Shown: positions 1 through 7,546, counted from the first letter of the stretch. The stretch is 18,449 nucleotides of DNA from an uncultured archaeon (GCA_964510585.1 CAZECW010000096.1:1-18449), one strand, 5' to 3'. Numbers and translations are program-made. Notes: generated by a model from the sequence alone, not told the origin.

Positions 1-113
1 ATTTTGAAATTTACAAAGAGCATAGATTTTTCTTCGTCCCTCGTTATACCCTTCAAAGCCATGTTCTTCATCCATTTCTCAACCTTATCTAAAGTCGAAC
101 CCAAAAAAGGCAA
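1..113 (-). CDS. Partial second copy of the YbjN-like gene (N-terminus only, truncated by the window edge); may be an assembly artefact
   Basis: Minus strand reads LPFLGSTLDKVEKWMKNMALKGITRDEEKSMLFVNFK, identical to the 154-603 ORF; it lacks the upstream promoter region of the full copy. Confidence 0.45.
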   Translation of the reverse strand, partial: MPFLGSTLDKVEKWMKNMALKGITRDEEKSMLFVNFK

Positions 114-119
114 AAGTAA
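1..119. repeat. Exact 119-bp direct repeat, copy 1 (identical to 479-597; runs to the window edge, so may be longer)
   Basis: Base-by-base comparison: ATTTTGAAATTTACAAAGAGC...CCCAAAAAAGGCAAAAGTAA is identical at 1-119 and 479-597; the copies diverge at 120 (a) versus 598 (c). Confidence 0.97.
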
Positions 120-153
120 AAATGGTTTTGAGGGTTTAAAAGAAGGGTTTTGT

Positions 154-603
154 TTATGTGAACATTGTGGTGTCTTTTATGTCGAATTTGGCTTTGGGCG
201 CGATTTGTTCAATGAAATACTTCATTCCGAAAACTACGGACTGAAATTCCACTTTGAAGTTACTTTCAGTAGTATCCACAGGCATGTCGGCTTCAACCCA
301 TATTCCATTTGCATCCGCGCTATATGTTACCTCGTGAAGGTTAAAGTTGGCCACTAAACAGTTGTAGAAGAGGTCTTCCCTAGCAGTCTTTGGAATGTCT
401 TTCAGCAGAGCGACTAGAGCCTTAATGTTTATCCATTCCTTGCTTACCAATGTTTGAACCAAGAAAAATTTATCGTCTATTTTGAAATTTACAAAGAGCA
501 TAGATTTTTCTTCGTCCCTCGTTATACCCTTCAAAGCCATGTTCTTCATCCATTTCTCAACCTTATCTAAAGTCGAACCCAAAAAAGGCAAAAGTAACAC
601 CAA
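154..603 (-). CDS. Hypothetical protein, probably YbjN / type III secretion chaperone (CesT)-like fold; exact start uncertain
   Basis: 149-aa ORF. The pattern of N-terminal helix, beta strands (FFLVQTLVSKEWINIKALV), LFYNCLVANF helix, YSADANGIWVEADMP and C-terminal helix resembles YbjN-type domains as I recall them. TATA-like element upstream and pyrimidine tract downstream. Confidence 0.6.
   Translation of the reverse strand: MVLLLPFLGSTLDKVEKWMKNMALKGITRDEEKSMLFVNFKIDDKFFLVQTLVSKEWINIKALVALLKDIPKTAREDLFYNCLVANFNLHEVTYSADANGIWVEADMPVDTTESNFKVEFQSVVFGMKYFIEQIAPKAKFDIKDTTMFT
479..597. repeat. Exact 119-bp direct repeat, copy 2 (inside the 5' part of the 154-603 CDS)
   Basis: Same comparison; offset 478 bp. 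Confidence 0.97.
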
Positions 604-643
604 CCTTCAAACATTAACTTAATAATACTTTTGTCGTTCAAAG

Positions 644-658
644 TTTTATACCTTTTTA
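644..658 (-). promoter_or_regulatory. Putative BRE/TATA promoter for the YbjN-like gene
   Basis: Minus strand TAAAAAGG-TATAAAA about 40-50 bp upstream of the ORF start. Confidence 0.45.
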
Positions 659-773
659 CCCCTTAACCCTACATACATTTAAGAAGACTAGGGTGAAAGT
701 GTGGGTTACAATTGGATTGAACTGGAGAAACTAGTTTCGTCTTTTACCGAAAATATGGTTTCAAAAAGGTCCG

Positions 774-1904
774 CTACACTCTTTTTGCTGCCTCGACAAT
801 TGCTTTTACAAAGTCTTCAGGTTCAACTAGAGGTATCTCCCAGTCCGGTCGCTCAAATATTTTCTCTACCTTCGATTTTACTTCCCACTCGTTTTGGGGA
901 TTTATTCCTTTCAGGGAATTTTCTAATTCTTTAAGGTAACTTTCAGGCCTGCAGTAGAAGTCTCCTGAAAACATCAAGTCTTCAATTTTTCCCTCAGGAT
1001 CAAGTAGAACGTGGACAACTAGTTCTCGATCCCTCTTGTTTTTTGCGAAAACAAATTTGTAGCCCTTATTCAGCAACTCCTTTAGATTTGGGAATCTCGC
1101 CATACTTGAGAAAGCGAACCTGTTTTCAGGGGAAGTTGCATAGTCACGCCATTTTTGGTATATTTCCCTCTCAGCGTTAAGTATTCCTCCCTCCTCTAAT
1201 TCGATGCCCAGTGCTTCCTGGAACGATTCTGTAAAAGCTTTTTTGAATTCCTCGTTACTGGGAAGTTTCCCAGTCTCGGTTTCTACGCTGGTCATAAGTT
1301 CAGACAAGTCCTTTATTCTTTTGTCTCGGAGCTTCTCGGGATGTAATTGCACAACATCTGAGAAGTATTTGAAGTCTAGGTCTTTTAGTGAGATTATGCA
1401 TTGCATAACCACAGTTTTTTCTATTTCAGTAAATCCGAATCCCGTTATTTTACGGTCTCCCACCATGACGTCCCCGGCGAACTTGTACCAAGCGTTCTTA
1501 ACTCCCAACTTTTTGTATCCCTCAGTAATGGCTTCCCCAACCTTCCTAAAAGCGTCATCAAGCCTAGGGAAAAAGTCCCGGTCTACCGTTAGGCCTAGCC
1601 CTCTACTACCCACGGGATCAATGAGAATCACGCCCCCACCAATGGGCCTACGCACTACGTCAATGTCTTTTTCCTTTGCCCTCTCATAGTCAATTGCCAA
1701 ATCCAAATCCTGGTATCTCCCGATGCTTATCGAATATTTCGAGAAGCCCGAGAGAAGAAAAGTGTTGGGACTCACTCCAAGAAGTTTACCCTCCACCGCA
1801 GTCATTGTGTAGGCCACAATGTCTGGGCCGTCAAGTGCCGGTGCCCAAATTAAACGCCACTTATCCGACAAGAAGATCCTCCCTATTTCTAGAAACCTTA
1901 CCAT
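774..1904 (-). CDS. lplA: Lipoate-protein ligase family protein (catalytic domain fused to C-terminal accessory domain)
   Basis: SIGRYQD, VVRRPIGGGVILID, GDVMVGDRKITG (catalytic Lys) and a C-terminal FSGDFY...LENSLKG accessory domain typical of LplA. Confidence 0.9.
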   Translation of the reverse strand: MVRFLEIGRIFLSDKWRLIWAPALDGPDIVAYTMTAVEGKLLGVSPNTFLLSGFSKYSISIGRYQDLDLAIDYERAKEKDIDVVRRPIGGGVILIDPVGSRGLGLTVDRDFFPRLDDAFRKVGEAITEGYKKLGVKNAWYKFAGDVMVGDRKITGFGFTEIEKTVVMQCIISLKDLDFKYFSDVVQLHPEKLRDKRIKDLSELMTSVETETGKLPSNEEFKKAFTESFQEALGIELEEGGILNAEREIYQKWRDYATSPENRFAFSSMARFPNLKELLNKGYKFVFAKNKRDRELVVHVLLDPEGKIEDLMFSGDFYCRPESYLKELENSLKGINPQNEWEVKSKVEKIFERPDWEIPLVEPEDFVKAIVEAAKRV

Positions 1905-2101
1905 AAACTGTGACTTTTAATCATATCTTTCATACGCCGTTATTTAATTTTTATTAGCAAAAATTGGAAGCTTGAATTAACCAGAATCAACCACACGAGA
2001 ATTTTTAAATTGCAAAATGATACTTTTAGCTAGTTCTTAAAACATTAATGGTCAATTGTCAAGGTGAGTTTACTGCATTGTTACTATTTGGGCTTGGTTT
2101 C

Positions 2102-3169
2102 TCATTTTTGAAAATTGATTATGGTTTTTATTTCTTCAAAGTCGCTTTTGAAGGCTAGATTGGCTTTTTCGGGTATGAGTTCGCGGGAAACCAATTTACC
2201 CATTACTTTGGGATACTTATTCTTTATGTCAATTAAGTCTTTCAGGCCCATTTCGTAGTGCTTTCTGTTGGAGCTGACCGAGCCGAATGCCACCTTGTTT
2301 CCCACCACCATGTTGGCAAATATTCTTCCGAAATCGTCGCACTCCTGAATCTCCCTGTAGAGCCCTAAGAAACAAAGTATACCGTTGGGCTTTAACAATC
2401 CGCAACACTCCAAGGCTGTCGAAGCCGCGCCTGAAGCCTCAACGATGATATCGAATTTTCTGTCCAAGGAATGGAGCGGATTTTCCCTCTCATCAAGGTA
2501 CTCTCCACCCGCCTCCCTAACAATTTTAGCCTTAACGCTCTCCACACGATTCCTTGAAACATTAAGTACATTGAATCCTCTTAGCCTGAGAACCAAGGTA
2601 GCTAGTAAACCCAGGGGGCCAGCCCCGGTGACCAGAACATCTTCCGGCTCCCATATCAACCTTTCCTGAATCTTAATTGCTTGGGAAATTCCTTTTTCCA
2701 CCCTGCTCAGAGGATCCAGAAATACCGCATCATCTTTTAGTTCCTCGGGGACTTTAATTAGATACTGGGCATCAGTGACAGTGTAATCTGAGGCGAATCC
2801 ATGGAGCTTAATAATCCCATGCTCCAAGTATTCCCCAGTTATGCAGGCGTCAGGCTCACCGCTTTTACAGTTTAGGCAGTTCTGCACGCAAGGCCTTCTA
2901 ACCATTGGCACCACAATGTCTCCCACTTTGACATTCTTCACATTTCCTCCCACTTCCTCAACTATACCTACAGCTTCGTGACCCATTATTATGAAGGGGG
3001 AGCCTTCGGGAGGCGTGCCGTAGTAGCCGTCATTTATCTCCCTATCAGCAGTATCTATGCCTACCTTCAAAATTTTGAGCAAAGCCTCGTTTTCTTTTGG
3101 TTTCGGTTTATGCAGCTCCATAAGCTGGACGGAATTTCTATCAGGCGGAGTAGCAACAATGGCTCTCAT
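2102..3169 (-). CDS. gdh: Zinc-dependent MDR dehydrogenase, archaeal glucose 1-dehydrogenase-like
   Basis: GIDTADREI, GHEAVG catalytic Zn motif, structural Zn CxxxCxxC-x7-C (RRPCVQNCLNCKSGEPDAC), EHGIIKLHGF, Rossmann GAGPLG, FGSV; SD GGAGG upstream. The family is clear; the substrate is less so. Confidence 0.82.
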   Translation of the reverse strand: MRAIVATPPDRNSVQLMELHKPKPKENEALLKILKVGIDTADREINDGYYGTPPEGSPFIIMGHEAVGIVEEVGGNVKNVKVGDIVVPMVRRPCVQNCLNCKSGEPDACITGEYLEHGIIKLHGFASDYTVTDAQYLIKVPEELKDDAVFLDPLSRVEKGISQAIKIQERLIWEPEDVLVTGAGPLGLLATLVLRLRGFNVLNVSRNRVESVKAKIVREAGGEYLDERENPLHSLDRKFDIIVEASGAASTALECCGLLKPNGILCFLGLYREIQECDDFGRIFANMVVGNKVAFGSVSSNRKHYEMGLKDLIDIKNKYPKVMGKLVSRELIPEKANLAFKSDFEEIKTIINFQK

Positions 3170-3430
3170 CTAGAAAACCTCCAACACCAAGTTAGATATA
3201 CATAATGCTAAATTAATTATTTTTAGCCCAAATAAGTTGCGCCCCAATCAATTTAGCGCACACACAAACGTCAGAGTGATTGTAAGTCTGAAACCTTTTA
3301 AAGGCATTTTAGAATTTTTAAACTTATCAATTTTACTCACAATACATAGCCAAACGCTTCATTTGAAATTACAAATCTTGTGAGAATAAGGGAGGTAAAA
3401 GCGCCCTAATAGTAGTGGAGTGTGATAAAG

Positions 3431-3440
3431 ATATATTAAA
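3431..3440 (+). promoter_or_regulatory. Putative TATA box for a leaderless methyltransferase 1 transcript
   Basis: AAAG-ATATATTAAA ends 22 nt before ATG 3463; no SD in between. Confidence 0.5.
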
Positions 3441-3462
3441 TTGGTTTGCATTTGTTAACAGT

Positions 3463-4152
3463 ATGGACAAAGAGGTTGTTCTTAAAAGGTTTGATGCTTT
3501 GGCTCCCGATTATGATAATTATATTTTACGGGTTGACGGCTACTCGAAAACAGTAGATAGGATTATTGAGTTAGCAGAAGCTGAAAAGCCGAGTATCGTT
3601 CTGGATTTAGGAACTGGAACCGGAACAGTTAGCTTCAGATTGGCCCCTAGAGTGGCAAAGGTCTATGCGCGGGACATTTCCCAGAAGATGTTGCAAGTCG
3701 CCAAAGAAAAGGCTTTAAAATCCAAAATTGAGAATGTTGAATTCGGCTACGGTACTTTTTCTGAGCCAAATTGCAGCGAAAAAGTAGATCTAATTGTTAG
3801 CAACCTGGCCTTCCACCACTTGTATGACGAGGAGAAGAGGGAAGCGATAAAGGTTTGGATTGATTTGTTAAAACCTGGCGGAAGAGTAATTCTTGGTGAT
3901 CATATGTGGTTCTTTGACCACAAGAAAGAACCAGAGAGGAGAGAGAAACTTGTTCGAAAAATTATTGAGACACTGGGAGACCCCAAAAAGCCTCTGGAGG
4001 AACAGGTAGAGGAGCTAAATAAAAGAGACCATCCCGCCAACATTTATGATTTAAAAAAATTTTTCGAAGAAGCCGGTTTCGTGGTTGAAAAAATCGAAGA
4101 AACACTATCTCCAGTAATGGGCATAATTGTTGCCGCGAAACCCAAAAAATAA
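3463..4152 (+). CDS. Class I SAM-dependent methyltransferase (YrrT-like), paralog 1; ATG 3463 preferred over GTG 3415
   Basis: FDALAPDYD, VLDLGTGTG (motif I), DISQKML, SNLAFHHL, LLKPGG; N-terminus aligns without gaps to paralog 2. Confidence 0.9.
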   Translation: MDKEVVLKRFDALAPDYDNYILRVDGYSKTVDRIIELAEAEKPSIVLDLGTGTGTVSFRLAPRVAKVYARDISQKMLQVAKEKALKSKIENVEFGYGTFSEPNCSEKVDLIVSNLAFHHLYDEEKREAIKVWIDLLKPGGRVILGDHMWFFDHKKEPERREKLVRKIIETLGDPKKPLEEQVEELNKRDHPANIYDLKKFFEEAGFVVEKIEETLSPVMGIIVAAKPKK

Positions 4153-4224
4153 ATTCAGGTTTCGACAAAAAAGTTTAACAGTAAATTTTGTGCTGTTCAA
4201 ATTTAATCCTATTAGGTGGTAACT

Positions 4225-4914
4225 GTGTCTAAGAGGGATATAATAGAGCGCTTTGACAGCGTAGCGGAAAGTTATGATGAGCGCACCTCAAAATGGCCCG
4301 GATACAACGAGTTATTAAAGAGAATAATTGAGTTAGCAAACCCTAAAGAAAGCGACATTGTAATGGATGTTGGGGCGGGTACAGGAAGCGTTTCCTTCGC
4401 CTTTGCTCCTAAGGTGCATAAGGTTGTGGCATTGGACATCGCAGAAAAAATGGTGGAGACTGGCCGGAAAAAAGCACGAGAGAAAAATTTTCAAAACGTT
4501 GAATTCAGAATCGGCGACTTTGAAAATCCCAACTATGATGAAAAAGTCGATATAATTGTGACCAACATTGCCTTTCACCATCTGACCCATGAACAAAAAA
4601 GAAAAGTTATAAGAGACTGGTACAGCCTGCTCAAACCGGGAGGAAGAGTAGTCATTGGGGACATAATGTTTTTCTTCGACCCAGTGAAGGAGAGGGAGAG
4701 AGCAATTGAATTAATAAAGTTTCTCCTGGAGAGATTCGCTGTAAAGAAAGAAGGTGAAGATTTAGAGAGCACCATGGAGAGATACAGGAAAACAGATTAC
4801 CCCATATATGTCTACACATTAAAACAATATTTTGAGGAAGCAGGATACAAAGTGGTAGCAATTGAAGAAATAATCCCTCCCATCCTAGGCGTAGTATGCG
4901 CTCAAAAAGAGTGA
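4225..4914 (+). CDS. Class I SAM-dependent methyltransferase (YrrT-like), paralog 2; GTG 4225 preferred over 4216
   Basis: FDSVAESYD, VMDVGAGTG, DIAEKM, TNIAFHHL, LLKPGG; SD AGGTGG at 4214-4219. Confidence 0.9.
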   Translation: MSKRDIIERFDSVAESYDERTSKWPGYNELLKRIIELANPKESDIVMDVGAGTGSVSFAFAPKVHKVVALDIAEKMVETGRKKAREKNFQNVEFRIGDFENPNYDEKVDIIVTNIAFHHLTHEQKRKVIRDWYSLLKPGGRVVIGDIMFFFDPVKERERAIELIKFLLERFAVKKEGEDLESTMERYRKTDYPIYVYTLKQYFEEAGYKVVAIEEIIPPILGVVCAQKE

Positions 4915-5107
4915 AAAATCTCCGAAATATTCTCGCCCCTCCACTCAAAATCGAAGAAGTAGACCACTTTGGTTATCCACCATTTCAAGCATTTAAGAAG
5001 TCTCCTTAATCTAAAGATGGTGTGACAAAAATGAAAAAAAGGTTAGAGAAACTGGAAAAAATAAAATAGGGGTTATACGATTTTTAGCTCCAGATATTTT
5101 GTTGGGT

Positions 5108-5653
5108 CTATAGTAGAGCAATTAGTCCCTTGATAATCAGAATGTCTATTATTAACTTTCCATAGGGCCAGGGATTGAGTTGCCATACTGTGAAATTCAG
5201 AATGGCAGCAAAGCTCACCCAAACTATATATGGAATCATTAAATAAGCTGCCTTCCTAGAAATTTTATAAAACAGCAGAATAGTAAGTATGATTGTTATC
5301 CAAAGAGGAACTATGCCCAAAAAGCCATAGAGCGGTGACTGTAATCCGAAAAACAATATCGACCAGAGAGTGTTTAGTGCCAATTGAATGCCATAGAGGG
5401 AAAGTGCGATTCTGACTTCTTTCTTTTCCCAACCCTCCATCCAAACAAAAAACGCTGCAACCGCCATCAAAACATAGAGGGTTAACCAAGCCGGACCGAA
5501 AAGCCAGCTAGGGGGATTGAAATATGGCTTTATAAGATATTCGTACCATGTGGGAATCGAGGGAGTTGTAAATAGTGAACCGATAACGCCCGCAACCTGA
5601 GCAATGAGTATGCTAACTACAAGTTTAAAAACTATACCTTTTGTAAACTTCAA
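5108..5653 (-). CDS. tspO: TspO/MBR tryptophan-rich sensory protein
   Basis: WYEYLIKPYFNPPSWLFGPAWLTLY, LNTLWSILFFG, PYIVWVSFAAILN motifs and five hydrophobic segments; SD GGAGGAGGT before TTG. Confidence 0.93.
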   Translation of the reverse strand: MKFTKGIVFKLVVSILIAQVAGVIGSLFTTPSIPTWYEYLIKPYFNPPSWLFGPAWLTLYVLMAVAAFFVWMEGWEKKEVRIALSLYGIQLALNTLWSILFFGLQSPLYGFLGIVPLWITIILTILLFYKISRKAAYLMIPYIVWVSFAAILNFTVWQLNPWPYGKLIIDILIIKGLIALL

Positions 5654-5895
5654 GTATTACCTCCTCCACATAATAATTTTTTCAATTTCGTCCAAAATTG
5701 TTATTATTGTAGTATGGGCTTAAGAATTCTACCATTGCTTGTTAAAATCACATAAAAACAGCGAGACAAAAGACGAATACTTGTCTATCTATGGGGGATA
5801 AATACTCCCAAACTATGAATCTGGTTCTAAAGGATAAACAAGCTAGTAACAAATCGAAGACTACTAATGGACAAATTTGCTTGCGGTTTATCCTC

Positions 5896-5911
5896 AAAAA
5901 AGGTAAAAAAA
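5896..5911 (-). terminator. Oligo-T tract, putative archaeal terminator after the small Cys ORF
   Basis: Minus strand TTTTTTTACCTTTTTT immediately after the TAA at 5912-5914. Confidence 0.45.
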
Positions 5912-6088
5912 TTAAAAGGGGGCTTGTTCTAATCTTTTTTCGTAAGATTCTTTATTCTTTATTTTTAGTAACACTTCAAAATTCGGCCCGCATGCAGCAC
6001 CTAGAGGGCAACCATTACAACCACGGTTAGAAATTTGCCCGTAGCGCTCAACCAGTTTTTTGCTTTTTTCTTCTTTTTTACCACCCAT
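5912..6088 (-). CDS. Putative 58-aa small protein with a CxxC-x5-C motif
   Basis: SD GGTGA 5 nt before ATG 6088, AT-rich TATA-like element near 6115-6132, T-tract after the stop; MGGKKEEKSKKLVERYGQISNRGCNGCPLGAACGPNFEVLLKIKNKESYEKRLEQAPF. Confidence 0.55.
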   Translation of the reverse strand: MGGKKEEKSKKLVERYGQISNRGCNGCPLGAACGPNFEVLLKIKNKESYEKRLEQAPF

Positions 6089-6197
6089 GTTAGTCACCAT
6101 ACAAATTTTTAGTACCCTTAAAATATATTAACAAAAAAGAATAGCATCTCATTACAAATCTGGGATTGACAGTATAGAACAATATGATCTGCCAATT

Positions 6198-6620
6198 CTA
6201 TGCTAGGACCAATACTTTGTCGGCGTCTGCGGCAATATCTAGGAATGTGGCGGCACCCACAATGTCTTCTACTTCTGGTATTAGGTCTTCCTTCTTTAGT
6301 CCGAAGAGTTCTAGGGTAGTTGAGCAGGCGTGTAGGTGCACTTTGCCTGTTTTTGCAAGTTCACTCAGCATTTCTGAGGGTTTCTTGTATCCCGCTTTTT
6401 TTAGTTTACGTTTAATCATCCAAGTTCCCAGATTTCTCATTATCGGTGGTAGGTTGAGTTTCGCTTTGTCCGCTCCTCCCTTTCGCAGAAGGTTAAGTCC
6501 CCAGAATGTGAAGAAAATATGTGTTTCTACGTCCATAGCTACTCCTGTTCTTGACAGTATTATGCTCATCATAAGCTTCTCAAACTTATCGCTACCAACA
6601 ATAAACGCCATAGTCTTCAT
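6198..6620 (-). CDS. DsrE/DsrF/DrsH-like (DsrE2-type) putative sulfur-carrier protein; ATG 6620 preferred
   Basis: IFFTFWGLNLLRK, HACSTTLELFG with the conserved Cys, IVGAATFL; SD GGGGTG upstream. Confidence 0.85.
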   Translation of the reverse strand: MKTMAFIVGSDKFEKLMMSIILSRTGVAMDVETHIFFTFWGLNLLRKGGADKAKLNLPPIMRNLGTWMIKRKLKKAGYKKPSEMLSELAKTGKVHLHACSTTLELFGLKKEDLIPEVEDIVGAATFLDIAADADKVLVLA

Positions 6621-7030
6621 TCTTTGGTACACCCCAATTTCCGTTTTTTAAATGAGGTTTAGAAGCGTCTCCCACTCAACTAGCTTTAAAGGCAAATTTC
6701 CCTTTTATTTTCGCTTGAGCTTTTTGGTCTTTTTACAAGAACCACTTTTCCGATAAATAGTTGAATCCTTCTAAATTTAGGCAAACATTTGAATTATTAT
6801 ATCGCAGTTTTTTATTTCTCTTAAGTTGTGTTTTTCTTGGTCATCGACGCTCCAAATTAACCAAGTGTTAAATACATATAAATATTTCTAAGAATTCGAT
6901 AAATTTATTCCATTTTTACACTAAAAACATAACAAATATATTATTTCATAGGTAAATTTTAAAACAAGGTAGTCATAAAGTAAACACCAAGAAAATAATG
7001 TGAATGTCTTATTCATTTGAGGGAAAAATT

Positions 7031-7546
7031 ATGACGAACTCATTAGACGATGTAGATTTCAAAATACTAGACATGTTGGTAAGGGACTCCAGAACCTCTT
7101 TTAGACAAATAGCCCTAGAACTGGGTATAGGGGTTACCACAGTTATAAGAAGGGTCGACGCTATGGAGAAGAAGGGTGTCATTTCGGGATACTTAGCCAA
7201 GCTTAATTATGAAAAATTGGCTGAAGAAATGGGGATTAGCTTCTTTCCAATTTGCTTCTTTATCCGGGTACGCCCAGGTTACGAAGTCAAGAAAGTTGTA
7301 GAAGAGATTTCGAGAACAAAGTATTTTGAATTTATATGCTACATGTACCATGTTGCCGGAGATTTTGAAATCGCAGCCATGGCCAAGTGCCTAACTAGGA
7401 AGAATGCAACAAGCCTGATTGAGAGTATATCCCGAATTGAGGGTGTGGAGAGAATCACCCCCCACGCCGTTTTGGAAACCTATAAGGAGGATTTGGGGCC
7501 AAAACCAAGCCTCATTAAGGAATCCTTAAAGGATTTTGGAGAATAG
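7031..7546 (+). CDS. Lrp/AsnC family transcriptional regulator (alternative start 7004)
   Basis: LDDVDFKILDMLVRDSRTSFRQIALELGIGVTTVIRRVDAMEKKGVI winged HTH; C-terminal VAGDFEI...IEGVERI RAM-like domain; SD GAGGG before ATG 7031. Confidence 0.92.
   Translation: MTNSLDDVDFKILDMLVRDSRTSFRQIALELGIGVTTVIRRVDAMEKKGVISGYLAKLNYEKLAEEMGISFFPICFFIRVRPGYEVKKVVEEISRTKYFEFICYMYHVAGDFEIAAMAKCLTRKNATSLIESISRIEGVERITPHAVLETYKEDLGPKPSLIKESLKDFGE

Noticed and set aside
4-357. 117-aa plus-strand ORF
   Set aside because: Antisense to the YbjN-like gene and its duplicate; no SD or recognisable motif.
701-934. 77-aa plus-strand ORF
   Set aside because: Overlaps the lplA 3' end in antisense; no coding signals.
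1204-1689. 161-aa plus-strand ORF and smaller neighbours
   Set aside because: Ser-rich antisense shadow of lplA.
3391-3396. GGAGGT SD-like hexamer in the gdh/methyltransferase spacer
   Set aside because: No start codon at a usable distance; the GTG 3415 extension lies upstream of the better TATA/ATG 3463 arrangement.
5791-6030. 79-aa plus-strand ORF
   Set aside because: No SD; overlaps the better supported minus-strand Cys ORF and its terminator tract.
774-6620. Idea that lplA and dsrE mark an sHdr-LbpA sulfur-oxidation cluster
   Set aside because: No sHdr, LbpA, TusA, rhodanese or LipS genes in the window, and the two genes are about 4.3 kb apart, separated by unrelated genes.
6184-6651. 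155-aa plus-strand ORF
   Set aside because: Exact antisense shadow of the DsrE-like gene.
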